A stretch of 64,000 bases of DNA. Origin: Escherichia phage vB_EcoS_I14. The position numbers and the translations under genes were made by a program. A model generated the notes under the pieces. The model did no database searches. It had not been told where the DNA came from and saw only the letters and a program-made list of their open reading frames with translations. The stretch lies in sequence record PP892525.1; one strand, 5' to 3'. Shown piece by piece: positions 10,109 to 19,758 of this stretch (the stretch's first letter is position 1; every line of letters begins with the position of its first letter).

Positions 10109-11080
10109 TTAATCGTATACTCGCTCTACTATGCACGGGATTACACCACCAGCACGAATCACTCGAATCTGGCAACCGATCTCTAGATCAAGAGAGTTAA
10201 TATAATCAACGTTATTAAGAGTCGCTTTAACAATTGTAGCGTCATCAATAATTACCGGTTCGAAATAACCAACTGGAGTTACTTTACCAGAAGCCCCTAC
10301 CTGCCATTCAACTTTAGTAAGAGTTGTAATCTCGCCTTCTTCATCCTCTTTAATAGCGAATGCCCCACGAGGGAATTTATTAGTCCAGCCTTCACGGAAG
10401 AATTTGTTGTTGTCATTAATACGAACAACTTTACCGTCCGTCGGAATCCATTTAAAGAAGGAACGCACATTAACAACTGTTAAGAAATCTTCATTCTCTA
10501 GCCAGAGCATATCTTTTAAATATGATTCTGTAATACCTACAGATTCAGCAGAACACTGGATACCGTATGCAACAAAGATTAAACCACCTTCCCCGATACG
10601 TTGTACGAAATCATCGCTATCTTTGAGGTTAATAGCGCCAGAGGCAAAGTTACGTTTATTTTCTACTTCTTTTGTAATTAGAACTTCACCAGTAATTTGA
10701 GTAGGTACTTTTTGGGAAATCTTTTTAGGGATGTTCAGCAATCTTACGTTGCTTGTGACATCATTCCCTAGAATGCCATTACCGCGAGTTAGTGCTTGAA
10801 CAAATTCGCCATTAATATATAACAGAGAAATCGCACAACCATCTAACTTATCAGTTTCTACCTGACCTAATGGGTTAAACGGAGGTTTATCCCCACGATT
10901 ATAATAAACTTTCTGTAAAGAATACATACGATACAGATGTGGAATATCTCCCTTAGGCCCAATCTCTTCCTCTAGTGGGAATCTTTTAATCAGACGATCA
11001 TATTCTTCGTCAGAGATTAAAGACATTCCCTGGTAATACGCTTCTTGGCAACGTTTAATAAAGTCTTTTACATTAGTCAT
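10109..11080 (-). CDS. lig: NAD-dependent DNA ligase, N-terminal adenylation and OB domains
   Basis: KxDG adenylation motif in TDKLDGCAISLLY; 323 aa. Confidence 0.85.
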   Translation of the reverse strand: MTNVKDFIKRCQEAYYQGMSLISDEEYDRLIKRFPLEEEIGPKGDIPHLYRMYSLQKVYYNRGDKPPFNPLGQVETDKLDGCAISLLYINGEFVQALTRGNGILGNDVTSNVRLLNIPKKISQKVPTQITGEVLITKEVENKRNFASGAINLKDSDDFVQRIGEGGLIFVAYGIQCSAESVGITESYLKDMLWLENEDFLTVVNVRSFFKWIPTDGKVVRINDNNKFFREGWTNKFPRGAFAIKEDEEGEITTLTKVEWQVGASGKVTPVGYFEPVIIDDATIVKATLNNVDYINSLDLEIGCQIRVIRAGGVIPCIVERVYD

Positions 11081-11111
11081 TTATTTGTATCTCTCATTAA
11101 TTTATATAAAT

Positions 11112-11140
11112 ATTATATAACAAAACTGAGTTGAAAGCAA
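11112..11140 (-). promoter_or_regulatory. T5-type promoter (minus): -35 TTGCTT, -10 TATAAT
   Basis: plus ATTATA 11112-11117, AAGCAA 11135-11140, 17 bp spacer. Confidence 0.65.
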
Positions 11141-11149
11141 ATACATTTA

Positions 11150-11183
11150 TAAAGAAAAAGCCAAGAACTAGGCATTCTTGGCT
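11150..11183 (-). terminator. rho-independent terminator (minus strand)
   Basis: hairpin GCCAAGAA/TTCTTGGC followed on minus strand by CTTTTTCTTT. Confidence 0.65.
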
Positions 11184-11476
11184 TTGAGTTCTTCAGCTCG
11201 TTTCTGTACTTCATGTAAAACCTCAGATTCGCTAAGAATCTGGGTAAACGCATAGAAAAGCTGTGATGTTGTTTCTAGGGTGTAAGGAAAAGAGAAGCCA
11301 GATTTCGTTGGAAACCATTCATCATTAATATCAAGAAGCCAGTAACGAATACCCATGTATAGATTCCCACGAAATTCAGATACTGTTAATCTTACTTGTT
11401 CTCCCTCCTTCTCCCAGAGTATGATGGACTGGTCATCAACGTGTCCTTCATAGTTTTGATTTACCTGTTCGCTCAT
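11168..11476 (-). CDS. hypothetical protein (102 aa)
   Basis: ORF ending in the terminator hairpin. Confidence 0.5.
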   Translation of the reverse strand: MSEQVNQNYEGHVDDQSIILWEKEGEQVRLTVSEFRGNLYMGIRYWLLDINDEWFPTKSGFSFPYTLETTSQLFYAFTQILSESEVLHEVQKRAEELKAKNA

Positions 11477-11526
11477 TTACATATCCCAAATACACAAAAA
11501 GCCCCATATAGGGGCTAATTGGTTTC

Positions 11527-11823
11527 TTATCGGCCTACTGGAGAAGCACGATCTAACTCTGATTGGAGGCTAGTCACACGACGGACTTTCTCGACAGGAA
11601 TAAAACGGAAGCTATCATTAGTACGAGAGAAGACAAGGATCTCATCATCTTTCGCTTTACGAATACGTTCACGTTTAATACGCTCAGCCAGATATTTATC
11701 TTGGGCTGGATCAAATTCCATCGTACCCTGAAGGTACGTGGTTCCTTTCTGACGAAGTTTCTCGTAATGAAGATAAAACTCACCAAATTTTTCACATTGT
11801 GCGATAATTTCAGCTTTGGTCAT
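11527..11823 (-). CDS. hypothetical protein (98 aa)
   Basis: ORF; overlapping ORFs on both strands judged spurious. Confidence 0.5.
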   Translation of the reverse strand: MTKAEIIAQCEKFGEFYLHYEKLRQKGTTYLQGTMEFDPAQDKYLAERIKRERIRKAKDDEILVFSRTNDSFRFIPVEKVRRVTSLQSELDRASPVGR

Positions 11824-11859
11824 AACTGTGTTCCTTTTGTTGGTGGATTTATCTAAAAA

Positions 11860-12270
11860 TTACTTAGTGATAGCTCGGATTGCTTCTGCCAGATGAGCAG
11901 CCGCTTTACCGGTCAGTTTGTCGATAATTGCATCATCCAGAAAATCTGGTGCTAGGCCAGCATCAGAGAATGCTGAACGAAGGTCGGCATGAGCTTGGGC
12001 TTTGGAAGTACGAGAACCACCAGAAGCTTTTTCTCCAGTAGATGCGCTAGATTTAGAAGCAGAGCCAGCAGCTTTCTTGATATACAAACCTGCTTTAGTC
12101 AGCTTCATACGAAAACCGTTCGGAGTTACACCATTTTCCTGGGCAATTTCGCTAACAATTTCCATGCTAACACCTGGACGTTCATCCTCTGGGAATTGCT
12201 CCATACGAGCAACGTATTCGGAAGACATTTTTTCGAACAGTTCATCAGTCCACTGAGTTGGAGTAGTCAT
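11860..12270 (-). CDS. hypothetical protein with a motif shared with the 8367..9134 product
   Basis: 136 aa; segment NGFRMKLTKAGLYIKK resembles the repeat unit of the upstream gene. Confidence 0.5.
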   Translation of the reverse strand: MTTPTQWTDELFEKMSSEYVARMEQFPEDERPGVSMEIVSEIAQENGVTPNGFRMKLTKAGLYIKKAAGSASKSSASTGEKASGGSRTSKAQAHADLRSAFSDAGLAPDFLDDAIIDKLTGKAAAHLAEAIRAITK

Positions 12271-12376
12271 ATTTTATATTTCCTTAATTAAGAATTAAAC
12301 AGAATAGTTCTTTCAAACTATGAGAATATTATATCAAGAATTATAGGATTAAGCAACTGAAATTTTTCTGTAATTG

Positions 12377-12664
12377 CTACACATCTAGCTCAACGATCTC
12401 CCAATCATCCGCCAGAGCTTCTTCTAGGGTTAGGGAGGAGGTTTTCCATGTTGCGTCTTTTATATCGAACTTGGTATACCCATCTTCATTGGGCCACCAG
12501 GTAAACTCGACAATATCATTATTATCAACATCTACTTTTATAATAGTAGAGTAATAAGTACGAGAGTCCCAATTACCCCAGCTATCCCGCTGGAGATATT
12601 TTACATCTCCATCTTTGAGCAAATCTGTTAGCTTACTCACGGCGTTTTCCTTTTTCTTTATCAA
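12377..12664 (-). CDS. hypothetical protein (95 aa)
   Basis: ORF. Confidence 0.45.
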   Translation of the reverse strand: MIKKKENAVSKLTDLLKDGDVKYLQRDSWGNWDSRTYYSTIIKVDVDNNDIVEFTWWPNEDGYTKFDIKDATWKTSSLTLEEALADDWEIVELDV

Positions 12665-13337
12665 GCTTCAGGGCGGCCTTAACAGCTTCGTTAATCAACG
12701 TAATAATTTCTTCACGAGTCCACTTGTACCCTAGAGATTTTACGTCAACCCCTAGTTTTTCCAGATGTTTAACAGAAGCCAGCTCGTAATTCATATAATG
12801 AACGTTCTGTTGTTTGCCTTCCGATAGAAGCCATACACGGTAACAACCAACAGGATTATCCATTGCTTTTTTGATTTCACCGATACACTGGTATCCAGGA
12901 ACCCAAACAAGCTCACCAACTGCAAATTCTTCTGCTACAGCATCATCAGGAATAATCGGAGGATTCAATGGATCTACAATATCGTTCAAACGAAGTAGAG
13001 CACCATAGCGTTCCAGAACAGATTTAACCATTGCTACAGAGCGGTAATTACGATCGGCAATTTCTTCAAAAGAATCACCAGATAAATACTGCTCAATAAC
13101 GTTAGCTAACTCGATGCCTTCAATAAGTGTGCCACGTTTCTTTTTCTTCATTTCGGCAACTTGAATTTGGCGATCTTGCCACTCTTCAATCATCCTTTCC
13201 ATAGTTGGATTGGATGATACGCCGAGCATTTCACATGCTGCTTTCTTAGTACCACCGTTCTCCAGATGCTCTATAACCTTTTTAAAGACTTCATCAGGGA
13301 TTTCATGGATATGTTTCTTTCTACGAGAACCAGCCAT
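12633..13337 (-). CDS. putative HTH DNA-binding protein
   Basis: 234 aa; N-terminal segment TKKAACEMLGVSSNPTMERMIEEW looks like a helix-turn-helix. Confidence 0.5.
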   Translation of the reverse strand: MAGSRRKKHIHEIPDEVFKKVIEHLENGGTKKAACEMLGVSSNPTMERMIEEWQDRQIQVAEMKKKKRGTLIEGIELANVIEQYLSGDSFEEIADRNYRSVAMVKSVLERYGALLRLNDIVDPLNPPIIPDDAVAEEFAVGELVWVPGYQCIGEIKKAMDNPVGCYRVWLLSEGKQQNVHYMNYELASVKHLEKLGVDVKSLGYKWTREEIITLINEAVKAALKLDKEKGKRRE

Positions 13338-13405
13338 ATTTAAACTCCTCTCTCAAATTTATAAATCTATTATACAGAAATTTTTTGCACTATGCAAATA
13401 AATTT

Positions 13406-13648
13406 TTACGATTCCTTGAGCAAAGAAGCAAGTTCAGCATAGACTTTATCTAACTCAAAGCCGATGCGAAGAGACACGTTAGTTTTCCGTTGTTTAAGTA
13501 ACCACTCGGATATGTTAGGGATGCCAGCTAATCTATGTGGTACCACCCTACATAGCTTTTCCGAAGTGTCGTAAACAGGAACTTTACGTTCTTTTACTGG
13601 GAACTTCCTTGTTTCCCATTTTTTATTCTTCACTGTCATTTCTAGCAC
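13406..13648 (-). CDS. hypothetical protein (80 aa)
   Basis: ORF. Confidence 0.45.
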   Translation of the reverse strand: MLEMTVKNKKWETRKFPVKERKVPVYDTSEKLCRVVPHRLAGIPNISEWLLKQRKTNVSLRIGFELDKVYAELASLLKES

Positions 13649-16490
13649 CTAGCTCTGCCATTGCTTCATCATGCATATGTTTCTCCTCATCAGTCATAAA
13701 CTTATACGGGATTGGCATACATTCGATTTTACAATAGGTTCTGTACCAGTCTACAATATTCTCCGTGTTCATATCCTTACCAATACCCATCATACCAAGA
13801 TACATTCTGGCATATTTTGGGTTAGCACTCTGACCTGTTTTAAGGAAGAAATCTTTCTTCTTACCTTTCAGAGCTTCTATGAATGGTTTGATAGTGACAT
13901 TTGAGCACTTCTTAATATCTTCCCAGAACATCTCGTGCATTTTATGGAAGAATGCCGCTCGATCATTCGGTTTATCCTTGATATACTGCTCAACATGCTC
14001 AACTGTTACATCTTTAATAGACTCAAGATGATAATAGCGAACAAGAAGTAGTTTAGCTTCATACGCATCTGCATGACGTGGAGCACAATAATCAGGAGTT
14101 GAATACAAAATAGCTTTGATTCGCTCTTCCGTATATTCTTTTCCTGCACCTTCGATAGTTCCCCAGCTTTCACTGAAAATATCAATAGTTGCACCCTGAT
14201 CAAGCAAGTAATAACGTAAAGTACTAGTATAGTTCCTAGATTCCAGCTCCCTACGACGTGCGTATAATTGCTGTGCTAACTCCAGCCAACCTTCATCAAT
14301 GTTATACTGTTCAGAACCTGCGGAGAATCCACTCGTAGATTTATCAATAAAATAATAAATGTTCTGGGCACCACGGTCGCGCCTGATTGCTTGGAAACGC
14401 ATGTTTGGCGCTTGGTTGCTAGTTCTAGTAATAACGAATACGTTATCAAAATAGTTGAAGTCAACACCACTCGTTACGGATGGACTACATAATAAGCAAT
14501 CAATTTGTTGGTCAATTAACTCATTAGTTGTGTAATCCAGAATACGTCGAATATCTACATCAGACGTAGAGTTTGAGTGGATTTCCTTAACTAACGCACC
14601 CGTATTACGACGCAACGCCATGCCCTTCTCATTCAGTTCATCCGGCCCACAGTCAGATACTAGGATAGATTTCTCCCCCATCTCTAGAGATGTCTGAAGC
14701 GCAACCCAAATACTGGATTCATCAGGGAACTCATAAGCATGAGCTTTTGACAGCATTTTTCGGTGATGATTATAAAATGCAACCGGTTTATCAAACTCAA
14801 TCAAGGAACCATATGCTTCAATTGTTTCTGCACTAATATCACCATCAGATAATATAATGATTTTTGCAGTTGCAAGAATATCCCGAAGAACCTGAATGCA
14901 TTCACGACGTTGTTTAACAACCGGGGCGAATAGTAGGTCATTCATTACAGCATCACATTCATCGATAAAGATTGCATCAATTTGACCAATAAAACTCTTG
15001 AACTTATGCAAAGAGTGAATAGTTGTGGACATACGGTCAATAGCACCACGCTTAAAATTAAGCATATCTACAGACTTATCATATTGTCCTGCACTAAATT
15101 TCTTAGCATTTGAAGACACCAGTGCTCTAGTATTGGTAATTGCTAAGAAATTACCTTTAATAACTCCCGAATCTAACCAACGCACAACCGCCGTGGTTTT
15201 ACCTGTACCTAGACTTGCTTTTACAAAAGTCATATAACCTTCTGGTGGCACAGTATTTAATTTCAAGAAGTTATCAGTTTCTAGGGAGTTAGTTTCTAGC
15301 TTTTTAAGTGGAATACCTTTTAAAACATCAGGTATATCGCGTTTAGAATTATTAACAAACGCTTTCAGAGCCTGTTTACGACCGTTATTAAAGTAATCTT
15401 GAATATTACGACTATTATCTTTAGTTGCAATATATTCTGATAAGGCTGGGCGGATTTCTTTTTCTAGCCATGCAAAATCAACACCATCCTCTAAAGCCCT
15501 GTGATAGAGTTTAGGAATAATACGTAGATACACTCCATCCTCAGCTTCTTCTAGTTCGCTGATAGTTTCTTCTACTTTATCAGAGGCAGCTTTTTTACCC
15601 TTAATTTGGTCGAGTAAAGAGTAAAACTCCTCCTTAAACTCACCTCTAGTTGTTTCATAGTCAACCAGATTATTTGGTAAATTTACTTTAGAACCTTTAA
15701 CAAATACCAGACGTGAAGCACCCTCCGCCTTAAACGGATCTACTATACCATCGGTAAATAACGGATCTGCAAAATAATGGAGCTGTACGGAAGAGTAATA
15801 AGCTAAGTCGGCAATATCAAAGCCATACTTTTGTCTACTACTTTCGTTGATAGATGTAAATAAGAATTTGATTTGACCCTGAGTTACTTTAACATTAGAT
15901 TCTAGTATTAAGTGCATTCGGATACCTGGTTTTAGCCCAGCCGAAGATGATGCATGAGCGATAAACCCTGCATCAAGAGGAAACATATCCTCACTAATAC
16001 TATTTAACATTCTAATAATATGTCGAGCCATACCAACAAGATCAAACTTGTTACAACCACCTGTATCTACAATACCATCCACGTCCATTGCAATTATATG
16101 ACTTGGGTTAGATACATTAAAGTTGCCCTTCTTACGTCGCACATTATTTTTAGGTGCAAGACATCGACCTCGTACCGCAACGATATGAGGGTCAGACGTT
16201 AAACGCCTCATAAGAGGGAGCATTTCTACTAGGGTTTGAGGATCAACTTCATCAATTACATCAAACTTGAAGGGCATTGAAGCTGGTTTACCTTCAGGAT
16301 GCTTTGAGGAAAATCTTTTAGCAAAAAGATAGTCTTCTGCTTTAACTTCTCGCCAAATGCCTGTGGCTAAGTCGCGATGAAATCCTGCATGACCTTGTAG
16401 GATTGAGAACACAACAATACTCCTGTGTTGGAAATGAAATAAGTTTTCTTTAGGACTATTCAGAAAGAATAGAACAACTGTTACTGTCAA
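13623..16490 (-). CDS. large P-loop ATPase, helicase/origin-binding-like; start uncertain
   Basis: Walker A SLGTGKTT, Walker B IFIDECDAV; first codon of longest ORF is TTG at 16490, first ATG is at 16277. Confidence 0.65.
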   Translation of the reverse strand: MTVTVVLFFLNSPKENLFHFQHRSIVVFSILQGHAGFHRDLATGIWREVKAEDYLFAKRFSSKHPEGKPASMPFKFDVIDEVDPQTLVEMLPLMRRLTSDPHIVAVRGRCLAPKNNVRRKKGNFNVSNPSHIIAMDVDGIVDTGGCNKFDLVGMARHIIRMLNSISEDMFPLDAGFIAHASSSAGLKPGIRMHLILESNVKVTQGQIKFLFTSINESSRQKYGFDIADLAYYSSVQLHYFADPLFTDGIVDPFKAEGASRLVFVKGSKVNLPNNLVDYETTRGEFKEEFYSLLDQIKGKKAASDKVEETISELEEAEDGVYLRIIPKLYHRALEDGVDFAWLEKEIRPALSEYIATKDNSRNIQDYFNNGRKQALKAFVNNSKRDIPDVLKGIPLKKLETNSLETDNFLKLNTVPPEGYMTFVKASLGTGKTTAVVRWLDSGVIKGNFLAITNTRALVSSNAKKFSAGQYDKSVDMLNFKRGAIDRMSTTIHSLHKFKSFIGQIDAIFIDECDAVMNDLLFAPVVKQRRECIQVLRDILATAKIIILSDGDISAETIEAYGSLIEFDKPVAFYNHHRKMLSKAHAYEFPDESSIWVALQTSLEMGEKSILVSDCGPDELNEKGMALRRNTGALVKEIHSNSTSDVDIRRILDYTTNELIDQQIDCLLCSPSVTSGVDFNYFDNVFVITRTSNQAPNMRFQAIRRDRGAQNIYYFIDKSTSGFSAGSEQYNIDEGWLELAQQLYARRRELESRNYTSTLRYYLLDQGATIDIFSESWGTIEGAGKEYTEERIKAILYSTPDYCAPRHADAYEAKLLLVRYYHLESIKDVTVEHVEQYIKDKPNDRAAFFHKMHEMFWEDIKKCSNVTIKPFIEALKGKKKDFFLKTGQSANPKYARMYLGMMGIGKDMNTENIVDWYRTYCKIECMPIPYKFMTDEEKHMHDEAMAELGARNDSEE

Positions 16491-16911
16491 TTTCTCAACA
16501 AATTAATTGCAAATACTGAAGTGGGGTGGCAACTTCCACTTTCACGCTACACTGCCGCTTCACTATACCGCACAAATCCTTGAGGATGGCCGCTAAGCCA
16601 GATTTGCTCACCTAATGCTTCATGTACTAGCTCATACTAGATGTAGTATACCTTACGTCATCACTTCTCAGAGTTTTTCACTCTTCCCGTCTCACTTCAC
16701 AACCACCTCACACTAGGTTGCTTCGAGGCCTTACCAGGGTTCCTACGGGATGTAGATCGCTAAGTATTCTATTAATTATTTGTTTAAAAACTAACACGTA
16801 ACAGTTAAAACAACCCTTAATGGGGCAGCCTAACTGTTCCGTATCGCGGATTGTAAACAAGAAAAATTAGCAAAATCAATTTTTACTAATGTCTCTCAAT
16901 TCAATATAAAT

Positions 16912-16940
16912 ATTATATCAAGATTTTGGGCATCCTGCAA
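16912..16940 (-). promoter_or_regulatory. promoter (minus): -35 TTGCAG, -10 TATAAT, about 400 nt upstream of the ATPase gene
   Basis: plus ATTATA 16912-16917 and CTGCAA 16935-16940, 17 bp spacer. Confidence 0.5.
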
Positions 16941-17031
16941 GTAAAATTTTCCGGACGGTGCTATCATTGGTCTTGAGTACGGATAAAACCGAGCCAAAAT
17001 GACTCGGTAATCAGAGTTCAGCTAGTAAAAA

Positions 17032-17424
17032 TCATTCATCATTTAGGCCTGGAACATAGATCCCAACACGGTTTAATTGTTCTTTAGCTTCTTTGAGAAT
17101 ATCTGGAGTGTACTCCCAAATATCATCTTCCACCTGTAAAAGATGGGGCGAACAACCGTCATCCGGCACACGACATATGGCCAAACCACGTGGATGGAAC
17201 AAAGAGAAATTTAGGGCAACAATTAAACCCATAGCAGACAATTCATTCCAATCCAATTCCCATTCCCCCGCGTAGCCGGATAGGAAAACACCAACACAGG
17301 GATCATCTATTTGCTGCTCCGGAAAAGTGAGGGAGGCTTGTCTTACCCCCAACCAACGTTGTAGCAGCTTCTCCGCACGTTTCACCAAACTAGGGTCAAT
17401 CTGACGCCAATATACTTGTTCCAT
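17032..17424 (-). CDS. hypothetical protein, paralog of 17434..17862
   Basis: shared segments MGLIVALN, FHPRG, PGL. Confidence 0.55.
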   Translation of the reverse strand: MEQVYWRQIDPSLVKRAEKLLQRWLGVRQASLTFPEQQIDDPCVGVFLSGYAGEWELDWNELSAMGLIVALNFSLFHPRGLAICRVPDDGCSPHLLQVEDDIWEYTPDILKEAKEQLNRVGIYVPGLNDE

Positions 17425-17433
17425 TCTGCCTCC

Positions 17434-17862
17434 TTAAGCAGTTAAACCTGGGATCATATACCCGAAACGGCGAAGTTTTTGAATCCCCTCATTTACTTCT
17501 TCCGGTGAGTAAGACCAACCATAACGTTCATTAATCTGAAAACCAGGAGATTCACTAGTTTTATAGTTAACAACGAGGCGGTGCTTAGCAGGCATAAACA
17601 GCTTATAATTTAACGCAAAAACTAAGCCCATTTCGTCTAACTCTTTCCAGCCCACAATCTCTTCAAGACCATCCTCTACCTGAACAATTAAACCAATACA
17701 GGGAGCCTCATCAATATCATCTTTAAAAGCAAAGGAGATTTCGTTATTCTCACACCATATTTTCAAAGAGTTAATAGCCTCATTATACAGGCTAGCTGGG
17801 AGGGTACGCCAAAAGTTAACCAAAATTGGGTTAGCCTCTTTAGAGAAGACATTATTAAACAT
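17434..17862 (-). CDS. hypothetical protein, paralog of 17032..17424
   Basis: shared segments MGLVFALN, FMPAK, PGL; tandem arrangement. Confidence 0.55.
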   Translation of the reverse strand: MFNNVFSKEANPILVNFWRTLPASLYNEAINSLKIWCENNEISFAFKDDIDEAPCIGLIVQVEDGLEEIVGWKELDEMGLVFALNYKLFMPAKHRLVVNYKTSESPGFQINERYGWSYSPEEVNEGIQKLRRFGYMIPGLTA

Positions 17863-17864
17863 AT

Positions 17865-18371
17865 TTACACCTTAAATTGTTGTAGGGCTTTACACATTTC
17901 AAGATCTGGACTAAATTCTAACATATAGCTAACAGCTTTTAAATCTTGAAGATTTATTCCAGTCCTACCGTTGACTATAACCGTTGGATACTGATACATC
18001 ATAGCACCCGCATCATCAAGCACACACCAATGTTTGAGCTTATGCTTTTCAACGAAGCGAAGAACAGAATTGCCCCTAGATAATCCACCCCCAGTAAAAT
18101 CCGTTGTACCAAGAAAACGATCGATAAGGCCTAATCCGGTCATAATCTGAACGTTCTCCATCTCATTTCTGACAGAGAACCAAGATGATACTCCAACAAT
18201 CATTATCGGAGAAGGACGAATAAAGTCCTGAAAAGCCTTGAGAAGCGGTTTGAAAACCCAGTCACTTCCAAAGAAAATCTTTTCATTATCAGGTGCATGA
18301 TGGTGGGAGATGCTCGAATTGAGCACCCCATCAATATCTAGAAAAATAATTGGAGTATTACTTATTTCCAT
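17865..18371 (-). CDS. HAD-superfamily phosphatase (putative 5'-deoxynucleotidase)
   Basis: N-terminal motif FLDIDGVL (DxDG nucleophile). Confidence 0.65.
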   Translation of the reverse strand: MEISNTPIIFLDIDGVLNSSISHHHAPDNEKIFFGSDWVFKPLLKAFQDFIRPSPIMIVGVSSWFSVRNEMENVQIMTGLGLIDRFLGTTDFTGGGLSRGNSVLRFVEKHKLKHWCVLDDAGAMMYQYPTVIVNGRTGINLQDLKAVSYMLEFSPDLEMCKALQQFKV

Positions 18372-18567
18372 TTTTGTTCCTTTCTAAGAACGTATCATAC
18401 TCAACCGTATCAACATATATAACACCATAGTCATCGGATTTATAGTCCATTTCCCACAGCTCACAGCGATAGCACCAACTACCATCTGCCCATACAAATA
18501 TATCATCGGGATGTGTATAAACAGATTTAACTATGGACATATCTGTTTCCCTTGCTTCTCGACACAT
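18358..18567 (-). CDS. hypothetical protein (69 aa)
   Basis: ORF. Confidence 0.4.
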   Translation of the reverse strand: MCREARETDMSIVKSVYTHPDDIFVWADGSWCYRCELWEMDYKSDDYGVIYVDTVEYDTFLERNKNGNK

Positions 18568-19363
18568 AAGGTCTACCCTCTAAATGAGCTTCTACACGAG
18601 CAATAAAATCAGGGTCACTAAAAGCATCTACCGCACCTTTACTCCAGTAAGGGATACCGCGTTCTTCCAACTGGTACATCTCACTACGAGTCATACCTTG
18701 ATAGCCCGGTTCTGCTGCGAGGGCACTATCATAGTAGTTAACAACCATAAGTTTCGCAGCAGTCAAATTAAGAACAGGAAATAATTCCCAGTAGAAGTTA
18801 ATTACTTGGTTAGAGCAACCAACCACAATGATCATATCTTGACTGGTAATACCATCAAAAACATTATACATTTCTGCGTATGCAGGAGCATGTTCTCCAA
18901 AGAAGATTACATTAGGTTTAACCCATTTATAATCATCTGGATCAATAGAATTATACCCTACATCAATAATCCGTTTATTGCTACTATTGTAGCTATCAGC
19001 TACAACAACCTCTTTTAAATATCCGTGAATGTGCAGAATGTCACTATGTGGAACGCCAGCACGCTCAATAAGGTCATCAACGTTGGTAGTCAAGTTTACT
19101 ACTTGACCTGGATATTGTTTATACCATTCACCAATACGCAAATGTGCAAGATTGGGTTCAACAGTTTTTAGCTCTTCACGACGTTTGTTGTAAAACATAT
19201 GGGTTTTATGGTAAAAATTACCACGAAAGGCATGAATATTACATACTTCTTCTAGATCATAATCATCCCACAATGCTTTACCACTAGCAGTATCAGTACG
19301 AAAAGCTCGTACACCACTTTCAACACTCAAACCTGCACCGCTAATAATAATTACCCTACGCAT
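18527..19363 (-). CDS. Sir2-family NAD-dependent deacylase-like protein
   Basis: GAGLSVESGV..FR, TTNVDDLIERAG, HIHG, PNVIFFGE, IVVGCS match sirtuin motifs. Confidence 0.7.
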   Translation of the reverse strand: MRRVIIISGAGLSVESGVRAFRTDTASGKALWDDYDLEEVCNIHAFRGNFYHKTHMFYNKRREELKTVEPNLAHLRIGEWYKQYPGQVVNLTTNVDDLIERAGVPHSDILHIHGYLKEVVVADSYNSSNKRIIDVGYNSIDPDDYKWVKPNVIFFGEHAPAYAEMYNVFDGITSQDMIIVVGCSNQVINFYWELFPVLNLTAAKLMVVNYYDSALAAEPGYQGMTRSEMYQLEERGIPYWSKGAVDAFSDPDFIARVEAHLEGRPYVSRSKGNRYVHS

Positions 19364-19577
19364 TTTTCACCTGTTCTCTGAAGTTTTGCCCAATACTGTC
19401 TAATAGCTCAGCTAATTCTTTATTGCCTTTCTCCATTAAGGTATTAGCAATAACTTCTAGCATAGTAGCACAGGATTCAACACCATCCTTATAGCCAGTT
19501 TCCCAGTGCTGCATTAATGCGTTTTCCAAAGCGGAGTTTAAACCCTTATCTGGCAGCATCGGCTTCGAGAATGCCAT
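19356..19577 (-). CDS. hypothetical protein (73 aa)
   Basis: ORF. Confidence 0.4.
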   Translation of the reverse strand: MAFSKPMLPDKGLNSALENALMQHWETGYKDGVESCATMLEVIANTLMEKGNKELAELLDSIGQNFREQVKNA

Positions 19578-19749
19578 AAAGTTTCTCCTCTAGTTCCATA
19601 ACACGATTTTCATAAGAGGCACGCAACTTTTCAATTGCTAGCGCACGCACTGTAACCTCATTAGAATTAATAGCTAATTGGGCCAGATCTTCTGTTTCCA
19701 TACGTCCGTTGTAAATTAAGCGATATTTAAGATGTTTTACGTTTTTCAT
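19546..19749 (-). CDS. hypothetical protein (67 aa)
   Basis: ORF. Confidence 0.4.
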   Translation of the reverse strand: MKNVKHLKYRLIYNGRMETEDLAQLAINSNEVTVRALAIEKLRASYENRVMELEEKLYGILEADAAR

Positions 19750-19758
19750 TCTTGTTCC

